Positions 9,684-23,775 of a stretch of DNA of 64,000 nt are shown here, piece after piece (the first letter of the stretch is position 1; each line of letters begins with the position of its first letter). The translations under genes and the position numbers were made by a program. The stretch lies in the NCBI GenBank assembly GCA_034530875.2, contig JAVRCJ020000023.1:32001-96000 (forward strand), read 5' to 3'. The stretch is from Nostoc sp. DedSLP01. Lineage in GTDB: Bacteria; Cyanobacteriota; Cyanobacteriia; Cyanobacteriales; Nostocaceae. The notes beneath the pieces were generated by a model, which made no database searches, was not told where the DNA came from, and was given only the letters and a program-made list of their open reading frames with translations.

Positions 9684-11060
9684 TCACATATTCGGACACC
9701 CAGGCATGTTATCTCCAAGTAGCAACCGTGCCAAACTGGGTAAAGCTTCACCGTATGTAGGATGAATGTGAACCGATCGCTCTAATAACTGCCAAGTTGC
9801 TCCTGCTTCCATCAAAGATAAAAATACATGCACCAGCTCAGCGGCTTCGTACCCCACCAGGGTTGCTCCCAGAATTTTGTCTGTGTCGCAATCGATCGCC
9901 ATACGATAAAATCCCAGGTCGTGCGCCCACTCGATGGCGCGCGCAATTTGGCTCATGGGTAAGGTGACAGCACGTGCATTGATGCCTTGTTTCTCAGCTT
10001 GTTCTAAAGTCATACCCACTCGCCCCACCTGGGGTTCTGTGTAAACCGCATAGCCAAGGACGCGATCGCTACGCATCCGGTTTTCTCCACACAAAATTGC
10101 TTTTAAGCGGCGATAGTCCTCCCAGGACACATGGGTAAAAGCAGGCTGTTTGGCAACATCTCCGATGGCATAGACTCCAGAACAGGTAGTATGGAACCGA
10201 TCGTCAATTTTGACAAACCCGCGATCGTCTAGCTCAATTCCACTGGCGCTTGCATTTAACGCACTTGTATTGGGTTTGCGTCCAATGGCAACTAGCAACG
10301 CTTCTCCCTCGAGTTGTTCGCTATTGCTTAGGGTCAACCCAAACACATTATTCTCGTAGGCGACGCGATTCACATTAACGCCAAAGTGGAGGTTAATTCC
10401 ATCCTGCTTTAATGCTTGTGCTAACACCTCGCTGACATCAGACTCTTCTTGTCCGAGGACGCGATCGCCCCGCACAATTAAGTGGGTCTGACTGCCCAAA
10501 CGCGCTAGCCCTTGCCCTAATTCCAAGCCAATATAGCCGCCTCCAATTACCAATAAACGAGCTGGTAAGGACTTCAAGTCAAAAAAGTTACGGTTGGTCA
10601 GGTAGGGAGTTCCCGCAAGTCCGGGAATATCAGGAATCAGCGATGACGTGCCCGTGTTAATAATTACTAGAGGAGCCTGAAGGGTAACATCCCCACCTTT
10701 GACGGTGCGATCGCCCACAAAAGCAGCTTCGCCACAAATGACATTGACACCCGCACTCTCCAATCGCTGGCGAACCCCTTGGTTAAAGCTGCTGCGGATT
10801 CCCCGAACTCGCTCCATGACAGCGGGAAAATCCACTTCGACACTTGCGTGGATGCCTAACTTCTGACTCTGGCGCGCCCGTCCTGCTGCATGAGCTGCTG
10901 CTAAGAACGCTTTCGAGGGAGTGCAGCCATAGTTGATGCAACTACCGCCTAAAGCATCCCGTTCAAACAAGACAACCTTACGTCCCTCATTGGCAAAATC
11001 AGCCGCCAGTGGAATGCCTCCTTGACCGCTGCCGATGACAATGACATCTGCTGTTTCCAT
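9684..11060 (-). CDS. Pyridine nucleotide-disulfide oxidoreductase (RclA/mercuric reductase-like, lacking the MerA metal-binding domain and C-terminal Cys pair)
   Basis: GSGQGG FAD motif, GGSCINYGCTPSK redox disulfide, GGGYIGLE, HPTYGE. Confidence 0.88.
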   Translation of the reverse strand: METADVIVIGSGQGGIPLAADFANEGRKVVLFERDALGGSCINYGCTPSKAFLAAAHAAGRARQSQKLGIHASVEVDFPAVMERVRGIRSSFNQGVRQRLESAGVNVICGEAAFVGDRTVKGGDVTLQAPLVIINTGTSSLIPDIPGLAGTPYLTNRNFFDLKSLPARLLVIGGGYIGLELGQGLARLGSQTHLIVRGDRVLGQEESDVSEVLAQALKQDGINLHFGVNVNRVAYENNVFGLTLSNSEQLEGEALLVAIGRKPNTSALNASASGIELDDRGFVKIDDRFHTTCSGVYAIGDVAKQPAFTHVSWEDYRRLKAILCGENRMRSDRVLGYAVYTEPQVGRVGMTLEQAEKQGINARAVTLPMSQIARAIEWAHDLGFYRMAIDCDTDKILGATLVGYEAAELVHVFLSLMEAGATWQLLERSVHIHPTYGEALPSLARLLLGDNMPGCPNM

Positions 11061-11249
11061 CAGCGCTCAACTCCTTAGAGATAGTTTGCTTTCATCAGAC
11101 TGTGACATACTCCCGGCGCTGCCCTCCGCGACAGCAGGCGCTTCTCAGCGACTCCCGGCAACCCGGCGGACATTAACTGAGCTTTGTAGGACGGGATGCC
11201 CCTCCGCCCCTGCCTGATTCTGACAATTATTGACAAGACCTACTTAAAA

Positions 11250-11663
11250 TCAACGAGTAACGATAAAGGCTGCTAGAGCGATGGCGACAACATCCTCGGC
11301 CAGGGCAGCAGGAACTGCACCAATCTTTTCAATGGCAGCTATCCGCACCGCCCGACCTCCATACGCACCGACCAGCGCACCCACAACACCAAACAACGCT
11401 CCAACAACTGCAAAACTGCTGTTTCCTCCGGTGATTAGCCATCCCACAATGCCACCGCTGAGAATCCGAGCAATCAACGCCGGGGGGCTGGTACGCGAGG
11501 GGATTTGCGGCAGCATATCGCCAATCAACTCAACAACTGCTAGTACAGCCAGAACGATTCCTATAATGCCGCCACGCACCAGAAATAAAGCAGCAGGGGC
11601 TGTAAATGCTCGCAGTCCCGCAACTAACCCCAGGAAAAATGCAGAAATCAATGTTACGAACAT
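11250..11663 (-). CDS. Small membrane protein, DUF4126-like
   Basis: GLVAGLRAFTAPA, ELIGDMLP..PSRT and ALAEDVVAI motifs. Confidence 0.7.
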   Translation of the reverse strand: MFVTLISAFFLGLVAGLRAFTAPAALFLVRGGIIGIVLAVLAVVELIGDMLPQIPSRTSPPALIARILSGGIVGWLITGGNSSFAVVGALFGVVGALVGAYGGRAVRIAAIEKIGAVPAALAEDVVAIALAAFIVTR

Positions 11664-12278
11664 AAATAACCCTTGTGGTAGATTTGGATGCCATCTTTAG
11701 CCATAATCGTGAGTAATCAGTAGGCGGACATCAAGAATTGTAATTGGGATGAGGCAGGGGGCAGGAGGTTTTTAACTTTCTTGAAATTAATTCATAAAGT
11801 TAAGTTTATTTGTGTCTTTCTACTTAATCCCGCACAAATTTCGCGTTGCCCATCTCGGCTAAATTACGAGTTAGATACTACTGTAGCTGAAGCTGGCTCA
11901 GGTTCATAGATGTTTGTCAAGTGCTGACGAGCTTAATCAAGTATTGACTCTTGTAAAAGCACTTTCAACTGCCTATTACACTAATGACTAATAACGTGAA
12001 ATCAATAATCTTTGTTGCCGATTCTACGTATTAGCCCTTTCGTGTAGCAAGACTATATATTAATGTGACGAATGGCTAAATCGGGGCGATCGCCTGATAT
12101 AGATTTTCACTAATACCATTCGAGTCATAATATGGTTCAAACTAAAATTTGGGCAAGATATTAAATATACAACTGTTTATGCGTTGGTTAGATATTGATA
12201 CTTGAGTTAAACAAAAAGTACTGTATCCTCAAACCTATAAGCAGGCTGAAAAATTAGTATCAAAATCTGAAAATTTCT

Positions 12279-13259
12279 ATGTTTCAACTACTCAGATACG
12301 TTAGTATTTTTTTCGTTACTGCCTATTTGCTATTTGCTTGTCATGCTTCATCGCCGACTGAATTAAAACGCCCTCCCTTAAAAGTGCAATTTTCATCTTT
12401 TATTGGCGAGTATCCAGGGATCATTGCTCAAAAAAAAGGATTTTTCAAAGCCCAAGGGGTAGATGTGGAACTAATTTATAAACAATATACCCAATTAGAA
12501 AGAGCAAATTTCAGTGCGGGTAAGTATGACGGTATTACAGCATCCTTGGGAAGTTTTATCATCTTGAGTGCTACAAATCCGGATATACAAAGCGTGCTTG
12601 CGATAGATGAATCAACAGGAGCAGATGTGGTGGTCGCCCAACCAGAAATTAAAACTGTCGCTGATTTGAAAGGGAATAAGCTGGGTGCAAATCTAGGCGG
12701 TTTTAGCGAAGTTTTTGTGACTGAGATGTTGAAAAGTTCCAATTTAAACAGCGATAATGTGAACTTAGTTAAATTAGAGGCTTTAGAAATTCCTCAATCC
12801 CTGAAAAATAATAGTATTCAAGCCGGACATACTTGGGAACCCCATCTTTCTAAAGCGATTAAATTAGGAGGACATATTCTATTTACCAGCAAACAAACCC
12901 CTGGTTTGATTTTAGATTTGATTATTTTTCGCAGCGATATAATCCGCGATCGCCCCGAAGATATACGTGCATTTGTCCGAGGATGGCTGCAAGCCTCGGC
13001 CTACTGGAAAGCAAATATTCAAGAAGGAAATGCTATCATCAGCAAAGCCTTAAAAATTCCTAGCAATACAATTTCTTTACAGGGAATAAACCTAAGCGAT
13101 TTAGGTGAAAATCAAAAATTATTTCAATCTAATAACCCTAATTCTATCTATAAAACTGCGAAGATATATGCAGACTTTTTTATTCGCTCTGGAAACATAA
13201 CCCGGGTTCCTGAGTTAAAAGGTTTGTTTAATTCTTCCTTCTTGCAACCTGCCTCCTAG
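12279..13259 (+). CDS. NMT1/THI5-SsuA-like solute-binding lipoprotein
   Basis: Lipobox LLFAC; KKGFFKAQGVDVEL, DESTGAD, IKTVADLKG and TWEP motifs. Confidence 0.85.
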   Translation: MFQLLRYVSIFFVTAYLLFACHASSPTELKRPPLKVQFSSFIGEYPGIIAQKKGFFKAQGVDVELIYKQYTQLERANFSAGKYDGITASLGSFIILSATNPDIQSVLAIDESTGADVVVAQPEIKTVADLKGNKLGANLGGFSEVFVTEMLKSSNLNSDNVNLVKLEALEIPQSLKNNSIQAGHTWEPHLSKAIKLGGHILFTSKQTPGLILDLIIFRSDIIRDRPEDIRAFVRGWLQASAYWKANIQEGNAIISKALKIPSNTISLQGINLSDLGENQKLFQSNNPNSIYKTAKIYADFFIRSGNITRVPELKGLFNSSFLQPAS

Positions 13260-13268
13260 TTTAAAGCC

Positions 13269-15068
13269 ATGCAGCATAGTCATTTGGGCAGTATCCGTAC
13301 AAAGTTGATCGCCTGGTTTCTAGTTGTTGCTTTGATTCCGTTGTTGTTATTAACATCGATCGACAAGCAGACAACTGAAAAAGCACTAACTGACAATGCT
13401 CGACAAGCCCTTTCTGCGGCGGCTAACGAAACCACTAACAGAATAGAAGCTTTTATTGATGCAAATCTCAATGCGGTACGCGTAGAGGCGATTCTACCAG
13501 GTTTGGCACGCTATCTGAGCCTAACTCCAAAACAGCGAGATGGCAGTTTTGAAATGCAATTGGCGACAGAAACATTGAACTCTCTCAGTCGCAAAGATAT
13601 GCTTAATATTCTCTCATACTCTTTGCTCGATTTAAACGGGAAAAATGTATTGGATACCCATACATCGAATATTGGCAAAGATGAATCATCTGAAAATTAT
13701 TTTCAAAACCCATTGGCAACTGGGTTATCTTTTGTTTCTAGTATGAAGCTATCACCGACAATTCCTGACCTTGTGAATTTGTTTTTTAGCAGTCCGGTTC
13801 GCAATGCCAAAGGAAAAATATTAGGTGTATTGCGTGTTTCATACAATGCTACTGTTATTCAGCAGTTAGTAACTCGGGAAACTGAACGGGCTGGGGTAAA
13901 ATCCTTTGCTATTCTTTTAGATGAAAATAATATTTATCTGGCACATAGCACTGCACCACAACTACTTTTTAAATCAATTGTGCCTTTACCTATGGATGTT
14001 GTAAATCAACTACAAAAGAAAAGACGTTTGCCTAATTATCCTGTAGCAAAATTGGCAACTAATGAGTCAAAACTTAAGCAAGCATTAGATAATAAACAGC
14101 CATATTTAATTGCATCTTTAGAAGCAACAGGTAATCAGGTTAATCTGATTGCGATCGCTCATTTAAAAAAATATAAACAATGGTCTGTTTTGTTTGCACA
14201 GCCCCTTGCTGTTGCACTAGCACCTGTAGAAAAGCAAATTCGTCACGCAATGTTTCTATTTACAATTATCGCGTCAGTAGTGACAGCTGTCGCTTTTGGT
14301 ATCGGCCAACTGCTAACAAAGCCAATAATTTACCTGACAAATATAGTTTTGCAATTTACCGCAGGTAACTTAGATATCCGCGCCGAAATTAGCTCAAAAG
14401 ACGAAATAGGTCAACTGGCAAAATCGTTTAACAACATGGCATTTCAGTTACAAACATCTTTAGAAACTTTGGAACAACGGGTACAAGAGAGAACAGCACA
14501 GTCACTTATTGCTAAAGAAAAAGCAGAATATGCAAATCAGAAACTAAAACAACTAGTAAATATAGATGGTTTGACTCAGGTGGCTAACCGTCGTTGCTTC
14601 GATATACGGCTGCAAGCAGAATGGAAACGTCTTGCACGAGAACAACGACCCCTGTCACTGATTTTATTAGATGTTGATAAATTTAAATCTTACAACGATT
14701 ACTATGGTCATCTTGGAGGCGATCGCTGTCTGATCGCAATAGGGCAAACACTCCAACGCACAGTTCATCGTCCTGCTGATTTAGTAGCGCGTTACGGAGG
14801 AGAAGAATTTTCGGTACTCCTCCCCAATACTGACTTAGCAGGAGCAGTCAAAGTAGCACAAAGTATTCAACAAGCAATTCACTCTCAGGCTATTCCTCAC
14901 GCACAGTCTGATATTAAGGATATCGTCACAGTTAGTTTGGGTATTACTTGTGTCATACCCACTTATGACATCAAGCCAGATACACTCATCGCTTCAGCCG
15001 ATCGAGCATTGTATAGTGCTAAAGAAAAAGGACGCGATCGCTACTGTACTCATTTAGATATTTCTTAA
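13269..15068 (+). CDS. Diguanylate cyclase (TM - Cache-like - TM - HAMP - GGDEF)
   Basis: DGLTQVANRR, DVDKFKSYND, RPAD I-site, intact RYGGEEF; HAMP motif DEIGQLAKSFNNM. Confidence 0.92.
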   Translation: MQHSHLGSIRTKLIAWFLVVALIPLLLLTSIDKQTTEKALTDNARQALSAAANETTNRIEAFIDANLNAVRVEAILPGLARYLSLTPKQRDGSFEMQLATETLNSLSRKDMLNILSYSLLDLNGKNVLDTHTSNIGKDESSENYFQNPLATGLSFVSSMKLSPTIPDLVNLFFSSPVRNAKGKILGVLRVSYNATVIQQLVTRETERAGVKSFAILLDENNIYLAHSTAPQLLFKSIVPLPMDVVNQLQKKRRLPNYPVAKLATNESKLKQALDNKQPYLIASLEATGNQVNLIAIAHLKKYKQWSVLFAQPLAVALAPVEKQIRHAMFLFTIIASVVTAVAFGIGQLLTKPIIYLTNIVLQFTAGNLDIRAEISSKDEIGQLAKSFNNMAFQLQTSLETLEQRVQERTAQSLIAKEKAEYANQKLKQLVNIDGLTQVANRRCFDIRLQAEWKRLAREQRPLSLILLDVDKFKSYNDYYGHLGGDRCLIAIGQTLQRTVHRPADLVARYGGEEFSVLLPNTDLAGAVKVAQSIQQAIHSQAIPHAQSDIKDIVTVSLGITCVIPTYDIKPDTLIASADRALYSAKEKGRDRYCTHLDIS

Positions 15069-15140
15069 GGTGAAACGCGATCGCCTCAGGAATTGTTAAC
15101 GCCTTTGCTCGCAATTATAAACAAAGTGCTACAATCAACA

Positions 15141-16615
<1,475 letters not shown>

Positions 16616-16636
16616 GTCACGCCGGGACGCAAAGAA

Positions 16637-16667
16637 TGTAGAGACGTAGCAGTGCTACGTCTCTACA
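16637..16667. repeat. Palindromic dispersed repeat between convergent genes
   Basis: TGTAGAGACGTAGCAGTGCTACGTCTCTACA. Confidence 0.9.
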
Positions 16668-16699
16668 AAGATTTTGGGTAACTGGAGATGTCTATTGCC

Positions 16700-18688
16700 T
16701 TAAAATCCAATTTCGATGGTGAAGCTGCGAATTTTTCCCGTATCTAGGTTAGATTTATCTGCTACTTCCAGCGTCCAGGTTCCTTGGGGACTTTTACCTT
16801 TAAAGGCAGCGAGTTTGGGGCTATTTACCTCATCATAAGTTGTTTTGATGTTATCTGAAGATCCGCCCAGGCGATCGTGGAGAATTATCGGAGGTACGCC
16901 TGTTGGGGCTGGGGAGTTGAGGGTAACTACTAGGTCGGCAATGTAGGTGTGTTCGATGTCTACGCTGACTTTGATAGATTTTACAAGGTTGGTATTAGCG
17001 ATCGCCACTGCTAATTTTGATGTTTGCAAGTCGTTAATTGGTACATCTTGCACTGCTTGGAATACGCCAACGGGTGATGGTTGATTTGGCTTGGCTAATT
17101 CCACAGCTTTGAGAGCATTAATTCGACCGTAACCGTAGAAGGGACTGCGACCGTTAGCATCATATTTACCTCCGGCTTGGTCGATGCGATCGCAGGAGCG
17201 TTTAATTATATCTCGTACTTCGTCCCAACGCAGATTTGGGTTTCTAGCAATAATTAAGGCTACGACGCCAGCTGCACCCGGACAAGCGCTGGAAGTACCG
17301 CCAAATGAGTTTGTGTAGTTACCTTGGGTATCGCCCAGATTCACACTACCAGAATTATAACCAACTGTACCAGAGCGATCGGTTGTCCAGATTCCAGGGG
17401 TTTGAGAACTATCACCATTGTTGCTGGGGAAGGCGCACCAAACCGCCTGACCGTAGTCGCTATAAGCGCTTCTTGTACCAAAATCGTTACAAGCTGCGAC
17501 AGCAATTACATTTTTGTAGCTGGCGTAGCCGTCATTATCTACGCTTTCGTTACCATTACCAGCAGCGAATAAAATAACACAGCCTTTGCCATTACGTCCT
17601 TTGGTAATGGCAAACTCCATAGCTAATCTTGTAGAGTCAGGTAAAGGCACTTTTTGGTTGTGTACGGGATCTTTTGCTTCATACCAAACACCATCTGACG
17701 GCCCCCAGCTACAAGAAATGACATCAGCACCGTTTTGAGCCGCCCAAACAAAGGCATCGGCTTCGTTCTGCGAACCCAACGCCGAAGCTAAACGAATCGG
17801 CATCAGTTTTGCACCAGGCGCGACACCAGATGCACCAAAGTTACCGTTTCCACAGGCGACTCCAGCGCAGGATGTTCCGTGATTATCATCGTTCCCTGGT
17901 CTGGGATCGTTGGTTTTACGGGTGACATCGCGCGGGGCAACGATTTTTCCAGAGGAACGGAATTCTTCATGATCGATGTCTACACCGTCGTCGATAATTG
18001 CAATAGTCGCTCCTGTACCATCGCTCAATTTCCAAGCTGCCTCAACGTTGGCATGGGCCTTGATAACTTTACCGTTAATTGTTGTTTCCTTTAAGTGCCA
18101 CTGCTGCGGGAAAACTTGACGTCGGCGTAACTCACGCACTAGTTCGGGATGGCACAATTCAACAGATTGCTCGTTTAAAAGTCTCTCGGCGATATCAAAG
18201 ATGGCTAAACCAGTGTTAGCAGGTGCGCTGATAAAATAACCATTTCGTGCATATTCAATCTGGCGTTTTATTGTTAAGTTGTAACGCCCTAAAATTTCCT
18301 CACACGCCCTCGACTCTTGTCGATTATCGAATTTTACGAACAGGTTTTCAGTATAAATTACAGGTTCTTGAGAGCTTGGATCGATCAGCACGCGTCCGGC
18401 AAATTCAATTTTAGGTTCTTCATTGAGAATTTGCCTAGCGCGATCGCGCAAAGCAACCGCTTGAGTCGGAACTTTCGCACGCAGAATTTCTACACCCGCT
18501 TGTCGAAATCGCGTTGTTAACTCGAATTGATTCAGGATGCTACGAGCTGCAACTGATACAGGTGCGACTTCAAACGGTTTTTCGCCAATCAATGGACTGC
18601 GATTTTCGGTACGAACTACAATGCGATCGTCACTAATAGCAAGTTCATAACGCTGACCGTTTTGACCACCATAGCGAACTTGAACCAT
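16700..18688 (-). CDS. S8 subtilase with N-terminal propeptide and C-terminal proprotein-convertase P domain
   Basis: Catalytic motifs IIDDG, HGTSCAG, FAAGN, GTSSACP; P-domain IEHTYIADL..GTWTLEVAD; no obvious Sec signal. Confidence 0.92.
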   Translation of the reverse strand: MVQVRYGGQNGQRYELAISDDRIVVRTENRSPLIGEKPFEVAPVSVAARSILNQFELTTRFRQAGVEILRAKVPTQAVALRDRARQILNEEPKIEFAGRVLIDPSSQEPVIYTENLFVKFDNRQESRACEEILGRYNLTIKRQIEYARNGYFISAPANTGLAIFDIAERLLNEQSVELCHPELVRELRRRQVFPQQWHLKETTINGKVIKAHANVEAAWKLSDGTGATIAIIDDGVDIDHEEFRSSGKIVAPRDVTRKTNDPRPGNDDNHGTSCAGVACGNGNFGASGVAPGAKLMPIRLASALGSQNEADAFVWAAQNGADVISCSWGPSDGVWYEAKDPVHNQKVPLPDSTRLAMEFAITKGRNGKGCVILFAAGNGNESVDNDGYASYKNVIAVAACNDFGTRSAYSDYGQAVWCAFPSNNGDSSQTPGIWTTDRSGTVGYNSGSVNLGDTQGNYTNSFGGTSSACPGAAGVVALIIARNPNLRWDEVRDIIKRSCDRIDQAGGKYDANGRSPFYGYGRINALKAVELAKPNQPSPVGVFQAVQDVPINDLQTSKLAVAIANTNLVKSIKVSVDIEHTYIADLVVTLNSPAPTGVPPIILHDRLGGSSDNIKTTYDEVNSPKLAAFKGKSPQGTWTLEVADKSNLDTGKIRSFTIEIGF

Positions 18689-19043
18689 AATTTAATCTCC
18701 TATATTTATTGGGGATTGGGCATGGGGCATTGGGCATTGGGCATTGAAAGTTTACCCATTACTGATTCCGCATTCCCCAATCTCTTTTATCAATTTTCAT
18801 CGGTTATATCTGGATTAGGGCACAGATAAAGATATAGCTTAAACAGAATTTAATCTTTCTAAGTTCATACAACTGTTTAATTTCTCTTTTCCGAAAAGAG
18901 GTGAATTAAAAGTTAGGTTAATTTACGAATCTTCACTCTTAGTAGGGGAACATTCTTTTTAAAAGAGACGTTGCAATATAACATCTGCACTTATGTGAAT
19001 GGTTTCTAAAAAAACGCTATAACATCATTAGAACTTAAGAGAA

Positions 19044-19607
19044 ATGATCTATTTTCCCGCTGAGTATTTGCTTACAATATATTCTCTACCTCCAATGGCT
19101 GAAGTGAGATTTGAAAAAGATTACTTTTCTGAGTATCCCCAACAAATTCGAGTTGGGAACAATCGCTCTGCTGTATCCTACACCCGTCAGCCTGGGTACT
19201 ACGCTATACATGACAATCAATTCGGTACGGCGGCTCCAAAAGCAATTTTACAACTCAATGGAGGAGCGATCGCTGTGTTTGCTGGCGAACCCAATCAATC
19301 GCAAAAAAATACATCAAGTCCGATTTATACACTGGAACCATTAGGTTCTCCTGCTGTGCCAACTGGACTTGTTTTTATTCGCTTCGCTGAAGGCGTTAAC
19401 GTAGAATCTCAGCTTCAAGCCATCAATCAAGCAGGCTACGCAATAGAACAAACTCTGCCTTATGCACCTCACACCGCCTGGTTGCGTCACCAGTCAGGTA
19501 ATATTGCTAATGCGATCGCTGGAATTTCTCAGTTAGAAGCAATACCAAATGTTGAAAGTGTCGAACCTCAAATGCTGATGGAAAGAAGTTTCAAGCTAAA
19601 AAGGTAA
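19044..19607 (+). CDS. Hypothetical protein with subtilase-propeptide-like C-terminal domain
   Basis: 187-aa ORF; a 75-aa stretch near the C-terminus aligns without gaps to the propeptide of the neighbouring S8 protease. Confidence 0.7.
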   Translation: MIYFPAEYLLTIYSLPPMAEVRFEKDYFSEYPQQIRVGNNRSAVSYTRQPGYYAIHDNQFGTAAPKAILQLNGGAIAVFAGEPNQSQKNTSSPIYTLEPLGSPAVPTGLVFIRFAEGVNVESQLQAINQAGYAIEQTLPYAPHTAWLRHQSGNIANAIAGISQLEAIPNVESVEPQMLMERSFKLKR

Positions 19608-19723
19608 AAGGGCATTGGGCAAGCAGGGAGTGTGGGAGGATGGGGAACATAGGAAAGAAATCTTTCCCCCCTAGTCCCCACACTCCCCCATCTCCCCTTG
19701 TCCCTTCTGCCCCCTCTGCTCCC

Positions 19724-21232
19724 TTACTCTATCCAAACTAAAGTACGTTTCACTGCTTTTTGCCAGGTAGCAAAGTTGGAAATATTGCTCTTTGGCTCAA
19801 AGACGCGCTCAATTTGGCGTTGCTGTACCAATGCTTCATAGTTATCCCAAAATCCTACGGCTATACCTGCGGCAAATGCTGCGCCTTGAACGGTAGTATC
19901 GCGTACCAGGGGACGTTCGACTGGAATACCTAAGACATCTGCCTGAAACTGCATCAAAAAATTGTTCTCGCAAGCGCCACCATCTACGGTTAATCGTTTA
20001 ACAGGGCTACTACTAGATGCATTTATCGCTTCTACTACCTCGACAACTTGGTAGGCGATCGCTTCTAATACAGCCCGTACTAAATGCTCTGGCTGTACGC
20101 TGGCGGTAATCCCGAAAAAGGCTCCCCTGGCGCTCATATCCCAGTAGGGTGCGCCCAGTCCGCTAAATGCAGGGACAAAATATACACCACCATTATCTGC
20201 AACTCGATTTGCCATTGCTTCAGTTTCAGCGGCAGTTGCAATCAGTTTCAAGCTGTCGCGTAACCATTGGATACAAGCACCATTAGTAAACATACTGCCT
20301 TCTAAGGCGTAGCCAACATCTAGAGAGCCGTTGGAATTTTTTTGCGTCCATGCGATTGTGGAAATTAGTTTATGAGGCGATCGCACAATTTCGGAACCAG
20401 TGTGAGCAACTAAAAAGCTACCAGTACCGTAAGTACATTTCATTAAACCAGGGCGATGGCAGCCGTGGCCGAATAAGGCAGCTTGCTGATCTCCCAAAAT
20501 CGCAGCGATGGGAATTTCTACACCCAACAAAGTCGCATTAGTAACGCCAAATATTCCTAAACTAGGCTGAATTTGGGGCAGGATATGAGCCGGAATCTGG
20601 AATATTTCTAGGAGAATTGCATCCCACTCGCAGGTTTTGAGATTCATTAACATTGTGCGGCTGGCGTTGCTGTGGTCGGTAGCATGGACTTTGCCACCTG
20701 TGAGCTTCCACAGCACCCAAGTATCAATTGTGCCCGCTAAAAGATTCTTCGGATCAACATCGCTAAACTTGTCTAATAGCCATCTGAGCTTAGTTGCGGA
20801 AAAGTAGGCATCGATAATTAATCCGGTGCGATCGTAAATTTCTTGGGCATAGCCTTGCTCTTGTAGCTCGTGGCAAAGATTAGCAGTGCGGCGGTCTTGC
20901 CAAACGATCGCTTTATGGAGTGGTTTCCCTGTAGTTTTGTCCCAAATCAAACAGGTTTCACGCTGCACAGTCAATCCCAACGCGGCGATCGCTGATGGGG
21001 TAATCTTGGCATTGGCGATTGCCGTTTCCATTACCCAACAGGTATCCCGCCAGATTTCTTCAGGGTCATGTTCTAACCATCCCGGCTGGGGATAATGCTG
21101 AGTCAGTTCTTTGTATGCCTGTCCGACAATTTTACCTTCTGCGTCAAATACAAAAGCACGGTTGCCGGTAGTACCCAAGTCCAGTGCCAAGACGTAACCC
21201 GACGATCGAGTGATGCTGCCAACTGTGTCCAT
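19724..21232 (-). CDS. glpK: Glycerol kinase
   Basis: ALDLGTTGNRA, QRET, WQDRRT, DQQAALFG, KCTYGTG and VPAFSGLGAPYW motifs; ORF extends upstream to 21259. Confidence 0.96.
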   Translation of the reverse strand: MDTVGSITRSSGYVLALDLGTTGNRAFVFDAEGKIVGQAYKELTQHYPQPGWLEHDPEEIWRDTCWVMETAIANAKITPSAIAALGLTVQRETCLIWDKTTGKPLHKAIVWQDRRTANLCHELQEQGYAQEIYDRTGLIIDAYFSATKLRWLLDKFSDVDPKNLLAGTIDTWVLWKLTGGKVHATDHSNASRTMLMNLKTCEWDAILLEIFQIPAHILPQIQPSLGIFGVTNATLLGVEIPIAAILGDQQAALFGHGCHRPGLMKCTYGTGSFLVAHTGSEIVRSPHKLISTIAWTQKNSNGSLDVGYALEGSMFTNGACIQWLRDSLKLIATAAETEAMANRVADNGGVYFVPAFSGLGAPYWDMSARGAFFGITASVQPEHLVRAVLEAIAYQVVEVVEAINASSSSPVKRLTVDGGACENNFLMQFQADVLGIPVERPLVRDTTVQGAAFAAGIAVGFWDNYEALVQQRQIERVFEPKSNISNFATWQKAVKRTLVWIE

Positions 21233-21400
21233 AGCCGCTTTCAATGATGCGATCGTCATCTTATCAATATCTGCGACCTAATACAGCACTTTTCATTTAC
21301 ATGAGGTACAAAGTTACGGGTTTTGAGGCAGGAGGCAGAAGGCAGAAGGCAGGAGGCAGTCCCGATGAAACAAAATTACGCGAAGCGGTACTAGTTTTGC

Positions 21401-23455
<2,055 letters not shown>

Positions 23456-23775
23456 CTACGAATAAAAGTTAAAGACGATAAAACCTGCCAAAAGCAGGTT
23501 GTAGATGCATAACCTTACACTGATAGCTGAGTGGCTCTGGCTGGAAATAAAAACGTCTACTTTTCTAGGTTACTAAATTTAATACCAATAGTCCCATTCG
23601 TCGATACAGTTAATACCGTCGTAATTAACTCCATCAAGTCGAACTTAGATCTTTACAAAAGATTCTTTTTGGACAACTAATCCTCATGAAAATGTCATAA
23701 TTGAAGAATACGCTGTTCAAGCTTTAAATATTCGCCAAATCATTATCTGTCTTCATCCCCCAGAAATTTTTACAC

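Noticed and set aside
9058..9751. Short ORFs 9058-9417, 9318-9599, 9433-9624 and 9548-9751
   Set aside because: Overlap STRR repeats or real genes on the opposite strand; no recognisable motifs
9684..11060. merA mercuric reductase
   Set aside because: No N-terminal HMA domain, no vicinal C-terminal CC pair, no mer genes nearby
16700..18688. Cyanobactin protease (PatA/PatG)
   Set aside because: Has a P-domain rather than the cyanobactin DUF domains; no precursor or heterocyclase adjacent
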